This document shows positions 32,575 to 41,633 of a stretch of 64,000 bases of DNA, in pieces (positions within the stretch are counted from its first letter, which is position 1; every line of letters starts with the position of its first letter). The position numbers were made by a program, and so were the translations under genes. Under the pieces are notes generated by a model. The model was not told the DNA's origin. It did not search any database and saw nothing but the letters and a program-made list of their open reading frames with translations. This stretch comes from a bacterium (GTDB lineage: Bacteria; Margulisbacteria; Marinamargulisbacteria; JAHFDA01): NCBI GenBank assembly GCA_023249225.1, contig JAHFDA010000008.1:4331-68330 (forward strand), written 5' to 3'.

Positions 32575-33309
32575 TTAATTACCAAAGAAAATAAACAAAA
32601 AAATAGAAGCATTATAAGCCCGATGTAAACGCACTGCTTCGTCTATCCCATGTATTCGGGCTTGTCGCCAACAAGCCATCCCTAGACCAAATTGCATCCA
32701 CGGAAGAATGATGCTGCCTGACAAGACGGACGCAATGAGCATCAGCGGCCAATGTGCAGCAGCAAATATAAGCGATGAAGTTAAACCCATTGGCCAATGC
32801 ATACGGTCTTTGGTTTTATTCAGATCATTGAGCCACAACAATTTATCCCAGTGTTTTTCTTTTTTCATCCAATTTAAATATAACAAGTTGAAATCAAACA
32901 ACTTTCCAATATTTTTATGAATTATTTCTTTGACCACACTCAAATCTTTTGGATTCTGATGAATAAAATCCATGATGTCGGACGGAATTTTACGCATCAT
33001 ATTTTCTTCAATTCTAGGCCCATTGATGATTGCTAGTCGTATGAATAAGAGGGCGAAAGCCCATCCCATCAACGATTTATGCAGTGCTGCATCCAGGATT
33101 CGTTCTGGGTACGGAATCCAATTCATACGGGGATCAAAAATAGAGAATACCGCCGTCGCGAGAATGATACCTGCCAATGCCGATCGCGCGCGCACCGCCC
33201 AAGTCGTTTGCTGTGGGCTGGCATACAGGTGGGTGCGTAGAACAAGATTTTCTACGGTGACAAACAGGGTTTCCTGGCTACTCGCAACAGTTTTAAGGTT
33301 AAATAGCAT
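32575..33309 (-). CDS. CPBP (CAAX/Abi) family intramembrane glutamic endopeptidase
   Basis: 244-aa polytopic ORF. EENMMRK matches the EExxxR motif and SSLIFAAAHW matches the FxxxH motif. Confidence 0.65.
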   Translation of the reverse strand: MLFNLKTVASSQETLFVTVENLVLRTHLYASPQQTTWAVRARSALAGIILATAVFSIFDPRMNWIPYPERILDAALHKSLMGWAFALLFIRLAIINGPRIEENMMRKIPSDIMDFIHQNPKDLSVVKEIIHKNIGKLFDFNLLYLNWMKKEKHWDKLLWLNDLNKTKDRMHWPMGLTSSLIFAAAHWPLMLIASVLSGSIILPWMQFGLGMACWRQARIHGIDEAVRLHRAYNASIFLFIFFGN

Positions 33310-33448
33310 TTGTTTGATTTGTCGTATTTTTTAAAAGGGTGTCCCATATTTTTGGGAGTCTCACAGTCTACCCCTCTCCATGCCGAGAGAGTTTGACTTT
33401 GATAATCCAGGTTAGATCATTTAAATTTACTCTGTTATATTTAAATCA

Positions 33449-34273
33449 ATGGCTTATGTCGTCAGCATCATGAATCAAAAAGGCGGCGTCGGAAAAACAA
33501 CCACGGCCATCAATCTTAGTTCATACCTGGCGTTACGAAATAGAAAAGTCCTTTTGATTGATATGGATCCGCAGGGAAACGCCACTTGCGGCGTTGGGAT
33601 TGATCCTAAAAATATGGAGCTGACAGTTTATGACACCCTTATTTCCGGGGTCAATTTAATCGACGTTATTCATCCCACATCATTTGATCATTTGCACATG
33701 GTTCCCGCCAATCAAGATTTAGCAGGCGCTGAAATTGAATTGATTTCAAATGTTTCACGTGAAACAGTGCTTAAGGAAGCAATCAAAAACTACAAGGATT
33801 CTTATGATTACGTCATTATCGACTGCCCACCTTCTTTGGGGCTTTTAACCATCAATAGTTTGGTAGCTGCTGAGGGCATCGTCATTCCATTACAGTGTGA
33901 GTATTTTGCCCTCGAGGGTATTGGGCACATGTTTCAAACTGTCGAACTTATTCGAGATAGCTTTAATCCTGCGATCAAAATTCTTGGAATTTTATATACC
34001 ATGTTTGACAAGCGTACCAACCTGAACCAGCAGGTTGTGGACGAGGTTAAAACACACTTTGAAGGCTATATTTTTAAAACCATGATTCCTAGAAGCGTGC
34101 GTTTAAGCGAAGCGCCTAGCCATGGCCTTCCGATCGCTCTATACAGCCCAGAATCTGCCGGGGCAGTTGCTTATCAAATGTTTTCTGACGAATTCATCAG
34201 TATAATGGAACCAATAGACAATCCGGATGTTGCGATTGTTTCACGTGAAACAGTTTCCGAGAAAATTTATTAG
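33449..34273 (+). CDS. parA: Chromosome partitioning ATPase ParA/Soj
   Basis: 274-aa ORF. Deviant Walker A NQKGGVGKTTT, and IDMDPQGN and IIDCPPSLG blocks. Confidence 0.95.
   Translation: MAYVVSIMNQKGGVGKTTTAINLSSYLALRNRKVLLIDMDPQGNATCGVGIDPKNMELTVYDTLISGVNLIDVIHPTSFDHLHMVPANQDLAGAEIELISNVSRETVLKEAIKNYKDSYDYVIIDCPPSLGLLTINSLVAAEGIVIPLQCEYFALEGIGHMFQTVELIRDSFNPAIKILGILYTMFDKRTNLNQQVVDEVKTHFEGYIFKTMIPRSVRLSEAPSHGLPIALYSPESAGAVAYQMFSDEFISIMEPIDNPDVAIVSRETVSEKIY
33751..33766. promoter_or_regulatory. parS centromere-like site (perfect consensus)
   Basis: TGTTTCACGTGAAACA is a perfect 16-nt palindrome identical to the canonical Bacillus/Thermus-type parS. Located inside parA coding sequence. Confidence 0.85.
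34237..34252. promoter_or_regulatory. parS centromere-like site (perfect consensus), second copy
   Basis: TGTTTCACGTGAAACA near the 3' end of parA, 34 nt upstream of the parB start. Confidence 0.85.
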
Positions 34274-34285
34274 GGAGTAAAGGGG

Positions 34286-35161
34286 ATGGGCAAAGTGATC
34301 AAAAAAGGGCTTGGAAGGGGATTGGATGCCATTATCCCCAAGACCGGTTTGTCATCGGGACGCACCGTTATGAATGTGCCTTTAGAAGAAATTGAACCTA
34401 ATCAATATCAACCCAGAATGGATTTTGATATTAAAGGCCTGCAAGAACTGGCCGCATCGATTAGAACTTATGGAGTTACTCAACCAGTTATTGTTAGAAA
34501 AAAAGAATTGGGTTATGAGCTCATTGCCGGAGAACGACGCCTTAGAGCCTCAAAATTAGCCGGAAAAGAGACTATTCCCGTCATTGTTAAAGAATATAGT
34601 GATCAAGAAGCGCTCGAGGTTGCTTTAATCGAAAACATTCAGCGGCAAGATTTAACACCGCTCGAAGAAGCCGAAGCCTATAAAGAATTAAGTCTCAAAT
34701 TTGGCCTAACCCAAGAGGAAATCGCTTTTAAGGTTAGTAAGAGCCGTTCCCAGGTGGCTAATATGATGCGCCTGCTTGATTTACCATCAGAAATTCAAGA
34801 GAGTATTCGTAAAAAAGAAATGACCGCTTCACATGCCAGAACAATTCTTAGTTTAGAATCAGACGAAGAGCGCCTGACAATGTGGCGCCAAATTTTGCAA
34901 GATAAATTGAATGTCCGTCAGGTTGAGGTGCATGTCAAAGAGAAACATGCACCTAAAAAAAATAGAGAATCTAAAAAAGATATTAAAGAAGATTTAGATA
35001 TTTTTTTGAAAAATTTACAAGAAGACATCAGCCAAATCTTAAAAACAAGGATTAAGATTCAGGGGAACCATAGCAGCGGAAAAATTGAAATTGAATATTA
35101 TGCCTTTGAGGATTTAGAGCGGATATCAGAATTCTTTCGGACGCATCCCAACGCATTCTGA
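34286..35161 (+). CDS. parB: Chromosome partitioning protein ParB/Spo0J
   Basis: 291-aa ORF. QPRMDFD, LIAGERRLRAS (GERRxRA box) and the HTH LTQEEIAFKVSKSRSQVANMMRLL. Confidence 0.95.
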   Translation: MGKVIKKGLGRGLDAIIPKTGLSSGRTVMNVPLEEIEPNQYQPRMDFDIKGLQELAASIRTYGVTQPVIVRKKELGYELIAGERRLRASKLAGKETIPVIVKEYSDQEALEVALIENIQRQDLTPLEEAEAYKELSLKFGLTQEEIAFKVSKSRSQVANMMRLLDLPSEIQESIRKKEMTASHARTILSLESDEERLTMWRQILQDKLNVRQVEVHVKEKHAPKKNRESKKDIKEDLDIFLKNLQEDISQILKTRIKIQGNHSSGKIEIEYYAFEDLERISEFFRTHPNAF

Positions 35162-35222
35162 CATTGGCCTGCTTACAGAGAGATGTTATCATTTCTATTC
35201 CAACCAATGATGGAGGTTTTTA

Positions 35223-35540
35223 ATGGCTGATTATGAGATCTTATACATTCTAAGCACCGCCCAAACAGAGGCTCAATGGGAGGCTTCGCGTAAATATATT
35301 ACCGAGACCATTACAAAAAGTAGTGGAGAAATTCAAAAAGAAGATATTTGGGGGTTGCGTCCTCTGGCTTCTGAAATCAAAGGTCAACGGCAGGGTTACT
35401 TTGTGCACATTTATTTTACCTTGCCCACACCCAAGGTGGCTGAATTTAAGTTTGCCTTAAACATTCATGAATCGATGCTACGTTTTCTGCTGACCACCCG
35501 CATTCCGGATCCTACGCCCAAGTTAGCAACCACTAAATAG
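35223..35540 (+). CDS. rpsF: 30S ribosomal protein S6
   Basis: 105-aa ORF. YEILYIL ... WGLRPLASEIKGQRQGYFV pattern. SD GGAGG upstream. Confidence 0.9.
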   Translation: MADYEILYILSTAQTEAQWEASRKYITETITKSSGEIQKEDIWGLRPLASEIKGQRQGYFVHIYFTLPTPKVAEFKFALNIHESMLRFLLTTRIPDPTPKLATTK

Positions 35541-35548
35541 GATCAAAT

Positions 35549-36022
35549 GTGAGCAACGTAAACCGCATTTTCTTGATTGGGCGACTCACTGCAGATCCTG
35601 AATTACGCTATGTCAGCGAAGGCTTGCCGCTGGCTAAGTTTACTTTGGCCGTTGATCGCCCAAAGCGCAATGATGGGGCCAGCATGGCAGATTTCATTTC
35701 AGTCGTCACATGGCGTTCATTAGCTGAAATATGCGGCAAATACCTAAAAAAAGGTCGTTTAATCTATATCGGCGGTCGTATTCAAATTCGCAAATACCAG
35801 ACCACCCAAAACGAAACCCGTTTTGTTACCGAAGTTCTGGCCAACGAAATGAAAATGCTCGATAAGGGCAGTGGTCAGGAACAGGAGCACTTTAAAAAAG
35901 ATGATTTTTCATCGGAACCTGCACATCCGGTAGGGGAGGATCCAGGCTTTTCTGAAAGCAGTGTACCCTTTGGTGAGCCTTTGGGCGAAGCAGTTGCTGT
36001 GGAGGACGATATTCCGTTTTAG
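35549..36022 (+). CDS. ssb: Single-stranded DNA-binding protein (canonical, with acidic tip)
   Basis: 157-aa ORF (GTG start). OB-fold NRIFLIGRLTADPELRY ... FISVVTWRSLAE ... RLIYIGGRIQIRKY. C-terminal EDDIPF tail. Confidence 0.9.
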   Translation: MSNVNRIFLIGRLTADPELRYVSEGLPLAKFTLAVDRPKRNDGASMADFISVVTWRSLAEICGKYLKKGRLIYIGGRIQIRKYQTTQNETRFVTEVLANEMKMLDKGSGQEQEHFKKDDFSSEPAHPVGEDPGFSESSVPFGEPLGEAVAVEDDIPF

Positions 36023-36024
36023 CC

Positions 36025-36441
36025 ATGATGAATAAAGTGATCCTTGTTGGGCGTCTGACCAAAGACCCAGAGCTTAAGTACACCCCAAGTGGTATCGCTG
36101 TAGCCCGTTTTACCGTGGCTATTAACCGCCCTCCGCGCAGCAAAGATAGCGCTGATGCCGGTTCGGTAAATCCTGGTGGGCAAGAAAACAGTGCGGGCAC
36201 TCAAAATCAAGAAGCTGATTTCATCCGTGTGGTGGCTTGGCGCCGTTTAGGCGAAATCTGCAGCGAATATTTAAGTAAGGGACGTCTGGTTTACATCGAA
36301 GGTCGCTTGACCATTGATTCCTATGAAAAAGACGGTATCAAGCGTTGGACATCTGAAGTGATTGCTGACCAGATGCAAATGCTTGAGCGCAAGGGTACAA
36401 TGTCGCCTGCGGCGGTTACGGCAGATGCCGTTAATGCTTAG
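36025..36441 (+). CDS. SSB-like OB-fold protein lacking the C-terminal acidic tip
   Basis: 138-aa ORF starting 2 nt after the ssb stop. NKVILVGRLTKDPELKY ... FIRVVAWRRLGE ... RLVYIEGRLTIDSY. Ends ...AAVTADAVNA with no D-D-I-P-F motif. Confidence 0.85.
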   Translation: MMNKVILVGRLTKDPELKYTPSGIAVARFTVAINRPPRSKDSADAGSVNPGGQENSAGTQNQEADFIRVVAWRRLGEICSEYLSKGRLVYIEGRLTIDSYEKDGIKRWTSEVIADQMQMLERKGTMSPAAVTADAVNA

Positions 36442-36517
36442 CCCGGATGATTTGTACTTATGAAGCGGACACCTACACACGGGAGCCCGCTACAAGAAAG
36501 TATGAATAGTGCGGGCT
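36439..36517 (+). repeat. Copy C of the approximately 80-nt dispersed palindromic element (inside the rpsF-rplI operon)
   Basis: TAGCCCGGATGATTTGTACTTATGAAGCGGACACCTACACACGGGAGCCCGCTACAAGAAAGTATGAATAGTGCGGGCT. It starts on the stop codon of the second ssb gene. Confidence 0.85.
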
Positions 36518-36555
36518 CGGTTCAGAAAAATTAAATGAATACGGAGTATTGAGTT

Positions 36556-36831
36556 ATGGCTAAGAAATTAAAGCTCACGGTTAAAAAGGGTAAAAAAGTA
36601 AAGAAAAGCTTGATCATCCGCAAGCGGAAGATCAAGCCGGATCCTTTTTTGCATGCGGGATATGCCGAAGTCGATTTTAAAGACCTTAATAATTTGAAAC
36701 GTTATTTAACTGACCGTGGCAAAATTGTTCCCCGCCGCAGTAGTGGTCTAACGGCGGTACGTCAGCGCCAAGTGGCCAAGGCCATTAAACGCGCCAGGTT
36801 GATCGGGTTGATTCCATTTCAGGTAGATTAA
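36556..36831 (+). CDS. rpsR: 30S ribosomal protein S18
   Basis: 91-aa ORF. VDFKDLNNLKRYLTDRGKIVPRRSSGLTAVRQRQVAKAIKRARLIGLIPF. Confidence 0.9.
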   Translation: MAKKLKLTVKKGKKVKKSLIIRKRKIKPDPFLHAGYAEVDFKDLNNLKRYLTDRGKIVPRRSSGLTAVRQRQVAKAIKRARLIGLIPFQVD

Positions 36832-36850
36832 TGACAGAGGAGAACAATGT

Positions 36851-37474
36851 ATGAAATCGGTTCGTAAAAATCTTGAAGTCATTTTAACGCGTACAGATGA
36901 TCATCTTGGGATCGAAGGCGATCTGATTCGCGTGCGTACAGGTTTTGCCCGTAACTGGCTTATTCCCCGTGGCCTTGCGGTGCTGGCCAACCAGGCCAAC
37001 CGCCAACTTTTTGAGCGCAGCAAGCAACGTCGGCAGTCTAAACTGCAAAAAGAAAAACAGGAATATGAAACGCGCGCCAAGCAGATCACCGGAAAATCCC
37101 TTACCCTTAAAGTGCGGGTCTCTGAAGCCGGTAAGTTATACGGTGCGGTGACTTCACAGTTGATCGCCGAACGAATTTTGGCAGAATTTGGTTATTCAAT
37201 TCCAAAACGCAAGATTGTGATTGAAAAACCCATTAAAGAACTTGGCCGTTTTCAGGTCAAGTTAAACCCTTATCCGGGTGTCAATGAAGTGATGGCCATT
37301 GAGGTCATTAAGGATGATTCTGTGGCAGTTGCAGCAGCTACCGATGAGCCCCGCCGTGGCCGCAAAAAGAAACGGCTTGAGGATCTGGTGTTAACGCCAG
37401 GCGCGCTTTCTGCACCTACAGTTGAAACGGATGAGGCCCACTCCAGCCCAACCAGCAGCGACGAAGAAGAATAG
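36851..37474 (+). CDS. rplI: 50S ribosomal protein L9 with approximately 55-aa charged C-terminal extension
   Basis: 207-aa ORF. LEVILTRTDDHLGIEGDLIRVRTGFARNWLIPRGLA N-domain. The tail ...DEPRRGRKKKRLEDL...SSDEEE lies beyond the usual approximately 150 aa. Confidence 0.9.
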   Translation: MKSVRKNLEVILTRTDDHLGIEGDLIRVRTGFARNWLIPRGLAVLANQANRQLFERSKQRRQSKLQKEKQEYETRAKQITGKSLTLKVRVSEAGKLYGAVTSQLIAERILAEFGYSIPKRKIVIEKPIKELGRFQVKLNPYPGVNEVMAIEVIKDDSVAVAAATDEPRRGRKKKRLEDLVLTPGALSAPTVETDEAHSSPTSSDEEE

Positions 37475-39272
37475 TTTTCTAACAGCGTTACCGCCCCAAC
37501 CGGGCGTATATCTCATGAAAGACGCCCATGGCGTCATTATTTACGTAGGTAAGGCTAAAAACCTTCGTAAGCGCGTATCTTCCTATTTCAAAGCGGGCAG
37601 CCAGACATTTAAGACCACGGTATTGGCCTCGACCGTGGTCGACATTGACACGGTGGTGACTCGTACCGAAATCGAAGCGCTCTTGCTTGAAAATACGCTC
37701 ATCAAAGCACATCAGCCCCGTTTTAACGTCATGCTTAAGGACGATAAGACCTACCCCTACATCAAAGTTACTTGCCGTGAACCCTTTCCACGGGTATTTA
37801 AAACCAGAATTCGCCTTAACGATGGTGCCCGGTATTTTGGCCCTTATCCAAGCGATGGCGTGCTTAACCGTATTGTGGCGTTGCTCGACGATGTTTTTGC
37901 TTACCGAAAATGTGGCAATCCCTTGCCAAACAAAGTGTGCCTTAGTTACCACCTTAAACGCTGTGTGGGCCCTTGTGAGTTTTTAGATGCCCAAGCAGAA
38001 CATGGTCGTATTATCGAACAGGTTTTGCTGGTTTTAAATGGCGAAGGCGGGCATGTCATCACTCAACTGGGCACTCAAATGCATGCGCTCTCTGCCCAGC
38101 AGCGTTTCGAAGAAGCGGCTTTGATTCGTGACAGAATCCTGGCGCTCAAAAAAATGCATGCCGTGCAGCATGTGGTTTTGGCAGATACCCGTGACATGGA
38201 TATTTTTGCCTTTGCGGCACAGGGACGCCGGACCTATATCAGCGTGTTGGAATACCGTGGCGGCCGTCTGGTCAATCAGACGGGATATCATGGAACTCGG
38301 GCCACAGCAGATCAAGGTTTGGCTGAATACGATTTTTTAAATCAAGCCCTGGTACAACACTATCTTGTCCATGAAACCTTGCCGGCTGAAATTGTGGTTG
38401 AAAAAAATCCTGCCGATGCTCACCTGCTCGCCCAGTGGCTGGAAGGCAAGTATGGACATAAGGTCGAAATTCTGGAACCCCAAAAAGGCGTTAAACGTCA
38501 ACTGGTACTGCTGGCCAAACGCAACGCCCTGGAAAAAGTCAGACAGGGAGATCGGTCGATGCTTGCGGATAAGGCCGATGCCCATGAGTTGCTAGGGGTT
38601 CTGAAATCAGAATTTAATCTACGCCAGCTTCCACGGCACATCGAATGTATTGATATCAGTAACCTTGGCGGACGTGTGGTGACAGGTGCCACGGTGGCCT
38701 TTTATGACGGACGGCCCGAAAAAAGATTTTATCGCCACTATTCCATCACTTTGCCAGGCAATAAACCAGACGATTACCAGGCCATGCGTGAAGTGGTGAA
38801 AAGGCGCTATGCCCAAAATGAGCTTCCTAAGCCGCACTTGTTGCTTGTGGATGGTGGCGCCGGGCACGTTGCCGTTGTCTTAGAAACGTTGAACCGTTTG
38901 CATGGGCATGAAACCGATGTGCTTGGACTTGCCAAACAAGAAGAAAATATCGTTCATCCAGATCTTAAAAAACGCACGCCGTTATCGCCGGGCCATCCTG
39001 CGCACCGGCTGCTGCTTGCGTTGCGCGATGAAGCGCACCGATTTTCAAACCGTCTGCGTAAAACCCAATTCAGTCATGTGACGCTGCGCAGCACGCTTGA
39101 TGAGATTCCCGGCATAGGTAAAAAACGGTTGGCTACCGTGCTTTCAAAATTTGGGAGCGTCGAAAATATTGCTAAAGCATCTCTGGCACAGTTGCGATTG
39201 GTCGAGGGTTTGCCCAAGATGGTAGCAGACAATATCTACCGCCATTTTCACGCGTCGGCGGCAAAGGAATAA
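37422..39272 (+). CDS. uvrC: Excinuclease ABC subunit C
   Basis: 616-aa ORF. GIY-YIG (PGVYLMKDAHGVIIYVGKAKNLRKRVSSYF), UVR domain (FEEAALIRDRILALK), C-terminal (HhH)2. The ATG at 37422 overlaps rplI by 53 nt, so the true start is uncertain, but it must precede the GIY-YIG strand at about 37500. Confidence 0.9.
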   Translation: MKRMRPTPAQPAATKKNSFLTALPPQPGVYLMKDAHGVIIYVGKAKNLRKRVSSYFKAGSQTFKTTVLASTVVDIDTVVTRTEIEALLLENTLIKAHQPRFNVMLKDDKTYPYIKVTCREPFPRVFKTRIRLNDGARYFGPYPSDGVLNRIVALLDDVFAYRKCGNPLPNKVCLSYHLKRCVGPCEFLDAQAEHGRIIEQVLLVLNGEGGHVITQLGTQMHALSAQQRFEEAALIRDRILALKKMHAVQHVVLADTRDMDIFAFAAQGRRTYISVLEYRGGRLVNQTGYHGTRATADQGLAEYDFLNQALVQHYLVHETLPAEIVVEKNPADAHLLAQWLEGKYGHKVEILEPQKGVKRQLVLLAKRNALEKVRQGDRSMLADKADAHELLGVLKSEFNLRQLPRHIECIDISNLGGRVVTGATVAFYDGRPEKRFYRHYSITLPGNKPDDYQAMREVVKRRYAQNELPKPHLLLVDGGAGHVAVVLETLNRLHGHETDVLGLAKQEENIVHPDLKKRTPLSPGHPAHRLLLALRDEAHRFSNRLRKTQFSHVTLRSTLDEIPGIGKKRLATVLSKFGSVENIAKASLAQLRLVEGLPKMVADNIYRHFHASAAKE

Positions 39273-39274
39273 AT

Positions 39275-40396
39275 GTGCAGCATCTGATCCAATGGGGAGT
39301 GCGTGTCTTGCTAGGGCTGGTCATGATTGGCCTAACCTATGCCTACGCGTTGAATGATCCCGATCAACACAACCGCTTGCTCCAAATTGAGCAAGAAAAA
39401 CAGGAGCTTCAAGAACGCCTCGAACAAACCGTTGAAAAAGAAAAAAATGTGCTCTTTAAAGTGTCACAGCTACGTACGGAACTTAGAAAAAAACAAGGCG
39501 ATTTTCAGTTTGTCAGTCAGCGGCTTAACAAGCAACAGGGTCGGGTAGGGCAGTTGCAACGATCGCTGGCACAATCTTCACAAAGTCTTAAGACTCACCG
39601 GCAGGCTTTTTCGCAAAGGATGCGCGAAATCTACATGAGCCAGAATCTGGGATACCTGACTTTTTTATTTTCGGCCAACGGTTGGGATCAGCTTGTGCAG
39701 CATCAATATACTTTTCAACGCATGATCGAACTCGACACGGGATTACTGGAACGTATGAATAAGGAGTATCAGGCATTAAAGCGCCGCCGTGATTACTTGC
39801 GGCAAGAAGAGCTAGAACTCAATAAGTTAAAGCAGAACCTGGTGGGTACGATGCAGGATATTTCTTATAAAGAAACCTTGCAATCGGCATTCAAGGAGAA
39901 ACTCCGTCAGGAGCGTGAGGCCTACGAGCGTCGGCTTGAGGAGCTTGAACGTACGTCACATGAAATTGAACAAATGTTGCAACGCATTGCTCCCGGAAAC
40001 CGATTGGGTACCGGCGAGATGATCATGCCCGCGCGGGGTTGGTTGTCTTCTTATTTTGGCAATCGCCGCCATCCCATTTTTAAGGTAGTCAAATTTCACA
40101 CAGGCATCGATGTTGCCGCTCCACGCGGACGAAAAATTGTGGCCGCTGACTCTGGCAAAGTGGTGCATGCGGGCTGGTGGGGAGGCTATGGCCAAGCCAC
40201 GATTATCGATCACGGCGATGGTCTGACCACTGTGTACGCACATCAGTCTCGTATTGTCGTGACACCAGGACAGATTGTAAGCCGTGGGGAAACCATTGGG
40301 TATGTGGGATCCACGGGCAATTCCACGGGCCCGCACCTGCACTTTGAAGTACGTAAAAATGGAAAACCGGTAGACCCCATGGGTTATGTAAACTGA
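39275..40396 (+). CDS. M23 family peptidoglycan metalloendopeptidase with N-terminal coiled coil (EnvC-like)
   Basis: 373-aa ORF (GTG start). Long Q/E/L-rich coiled coil, HTGIDVAAPRG and GSTGNSTGPHLHFEV LytM motifs. Confidence 0.85.
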   Translation: MQHLIQWGVRVLLGLVMIGLTYAYALNDPDQHNRLLQIEQEKQELQERLEQTVEKEKNVLFKVSQLRTELRKKQGDFQFVSQRLNKQQGRVGQLQRSLAQSSQSLKTHRQAFSQRMREIYMSQNLGYLTFLFSANGWDQLVQHQYTFQRMIELDTGLLERMNKEYQALKRRRDYLRQEELELNKLKQNLVGTMQDISYKETLQSAFKEKLRQEREAYERRLEELERTSHEIEQMLQRIAPGNRLGTGEMIMPARGWLSSYFGNRRHPIFKVVKFHTGIDVAAPRGRKIVAADSGKVVHAGWWGGYGQATIIDHGDGLTTVYAHQSRIVVTPGQIVSRGETIGYVGSTGNSTGPHLHFEVRKNGKPVDPMGYVN

Positions 40397-40400
40397 TGAT

Positions 40401-41633
40401 ATGATTAAAATCAGAACTGTGAAATATTGGTCTAAAAAGATTGTTCTTTGGATTTGTGTCTTAACATTTTCTGTTGCGGGACTGGGTCTTGGAACTTATG
40501 TAGCTGCCGAAACCTTTCATCCTTCGAGTCAATGGGCTTTGCTGTGGCAGGTCATCGACATTGTTAAAGCACACTTTGTTAACAAGGATATCCAGACCGA
40601 AGACCTGATTCAGGGTGCCATCGAGGGATCGCTGAAAGCGCTTAACGACCCCTATTCGCGTTACCTGCCCCCTAAGGGTTTTAGTGAAATGAAAATCCGT
40701 CTTGACGGTGAACTTCAGGGCATTGGCATCGAAATCGGCATCAAAGACGATCACCTTATGGTCATTTCTCCCATTGAAGGCACCCCAGCCTCCAAAGCTG
40801 GACTGCAGCCACTGGATCAGATCCTTAAAGTGGATGGCGAATCCATGGAAGGTATCAGCCTGCAGGAGGCGGTTTCCAAAATCCGCGGAACGGTGGGATC
40901 CAAAGTGATTCTAACCATTCTTCGTTCCGGACAAGAGAAGCCTTTTGATGTTGAAATCATTCGCGACGTGATCAAGATATCAAGCGTGGACAAGACCCAG
41001 CGCTTTGATGGAAATATTGGGTACGTGCGCCTCGTCACGTTTGAATCCAAAGCCGCTTACGACGAACTCGAGGAGGCTGTAGCAAAGCTTGATAAACCCA
41101 AAAAACTCGATGCGCTGATTTTAGATTTACGCTATAACGGCGGGGGTTTGCTCGACAATGCGGTCAAAATATCCAGTTATTTTATGGATGAAGGCGCAGT
41201 GGTTCACACCGTAAACCGTGAGGGCTCGCGTGAAACACTTTCGATTAAAAATGGTGGCGTTAAATTTAAGCGCCCGCTGGTGGTACTGATTAACCATGCC
41301 AGCGCCAGTGCTTCAGAAATCTTGGCAGGTGCCATTCAAGACCATAAACGGGGTGTGATCTTAGGCCAAAAATCCTTTGGTAAGGCATCAGTGCAAAATA
41401 TTTTCCCCTTGGCTGACGGATCCGCTGTGCTCATTACAGTGGCCAAATACCTGACGCCCAATGGAAGTGATATTACCGAAAAAGGCATTGTGCCCAATAT
41501 TGAAGTTGAAATTCCCACGGCCAACTTAGAAAAAATGCGGCAACCGGGATATGTATATACCTACGACGATGACCTGCAATTACAAGAAGCCTTAAAGCTG
41601 TTGCGGGCGCAGTTGGTCCAGCCGACTGCTTGA
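40401..41633 (+). CDS. ctpA: S41 family carboxyl-terminal processing protease
   Basis: 410-aa ORF. PDZ segment (GIGIEIG...VISPIEGTPASKAGL), NGGGLLDNAV, and catalytic SASASEILAG ... K. Confidence 0.9.
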   Translation: MIKIRTVKYWSKKIVLWICVLTFSVAGLGLGTYVAAETFHPSSQWALLWQVIDIVKAHFVNKDIQTEDLIQGAIEGSLKALNDPYSRYLPPKGFSEMKIRLDGELQGIGIEIGIKDDHLMVISPIEGTPASKAGLQPLDQILKVDGESMEGISLQEAVSKIRGTVGSKVILTILRSGQEKPFDVEIIRDVIKISSVDKTQRFDGNIGYVRLVTFESKAAYDELEEAVAKLDKPKKLDALILDLRYNGGGLLDNAVKISSYFMDEGAVVHTVNREGSRETLSIKNGGVKFKRPLVVLINHASASASEILAGAIQDHKRGVILGQKSFGKASVQNIFPLADGSAVLITVAKYLTPNGSDITEKGIVPNIEVEIPTANLEKMRQPGYVYTYDDDLQLQEALKLLRAQLVQPTA

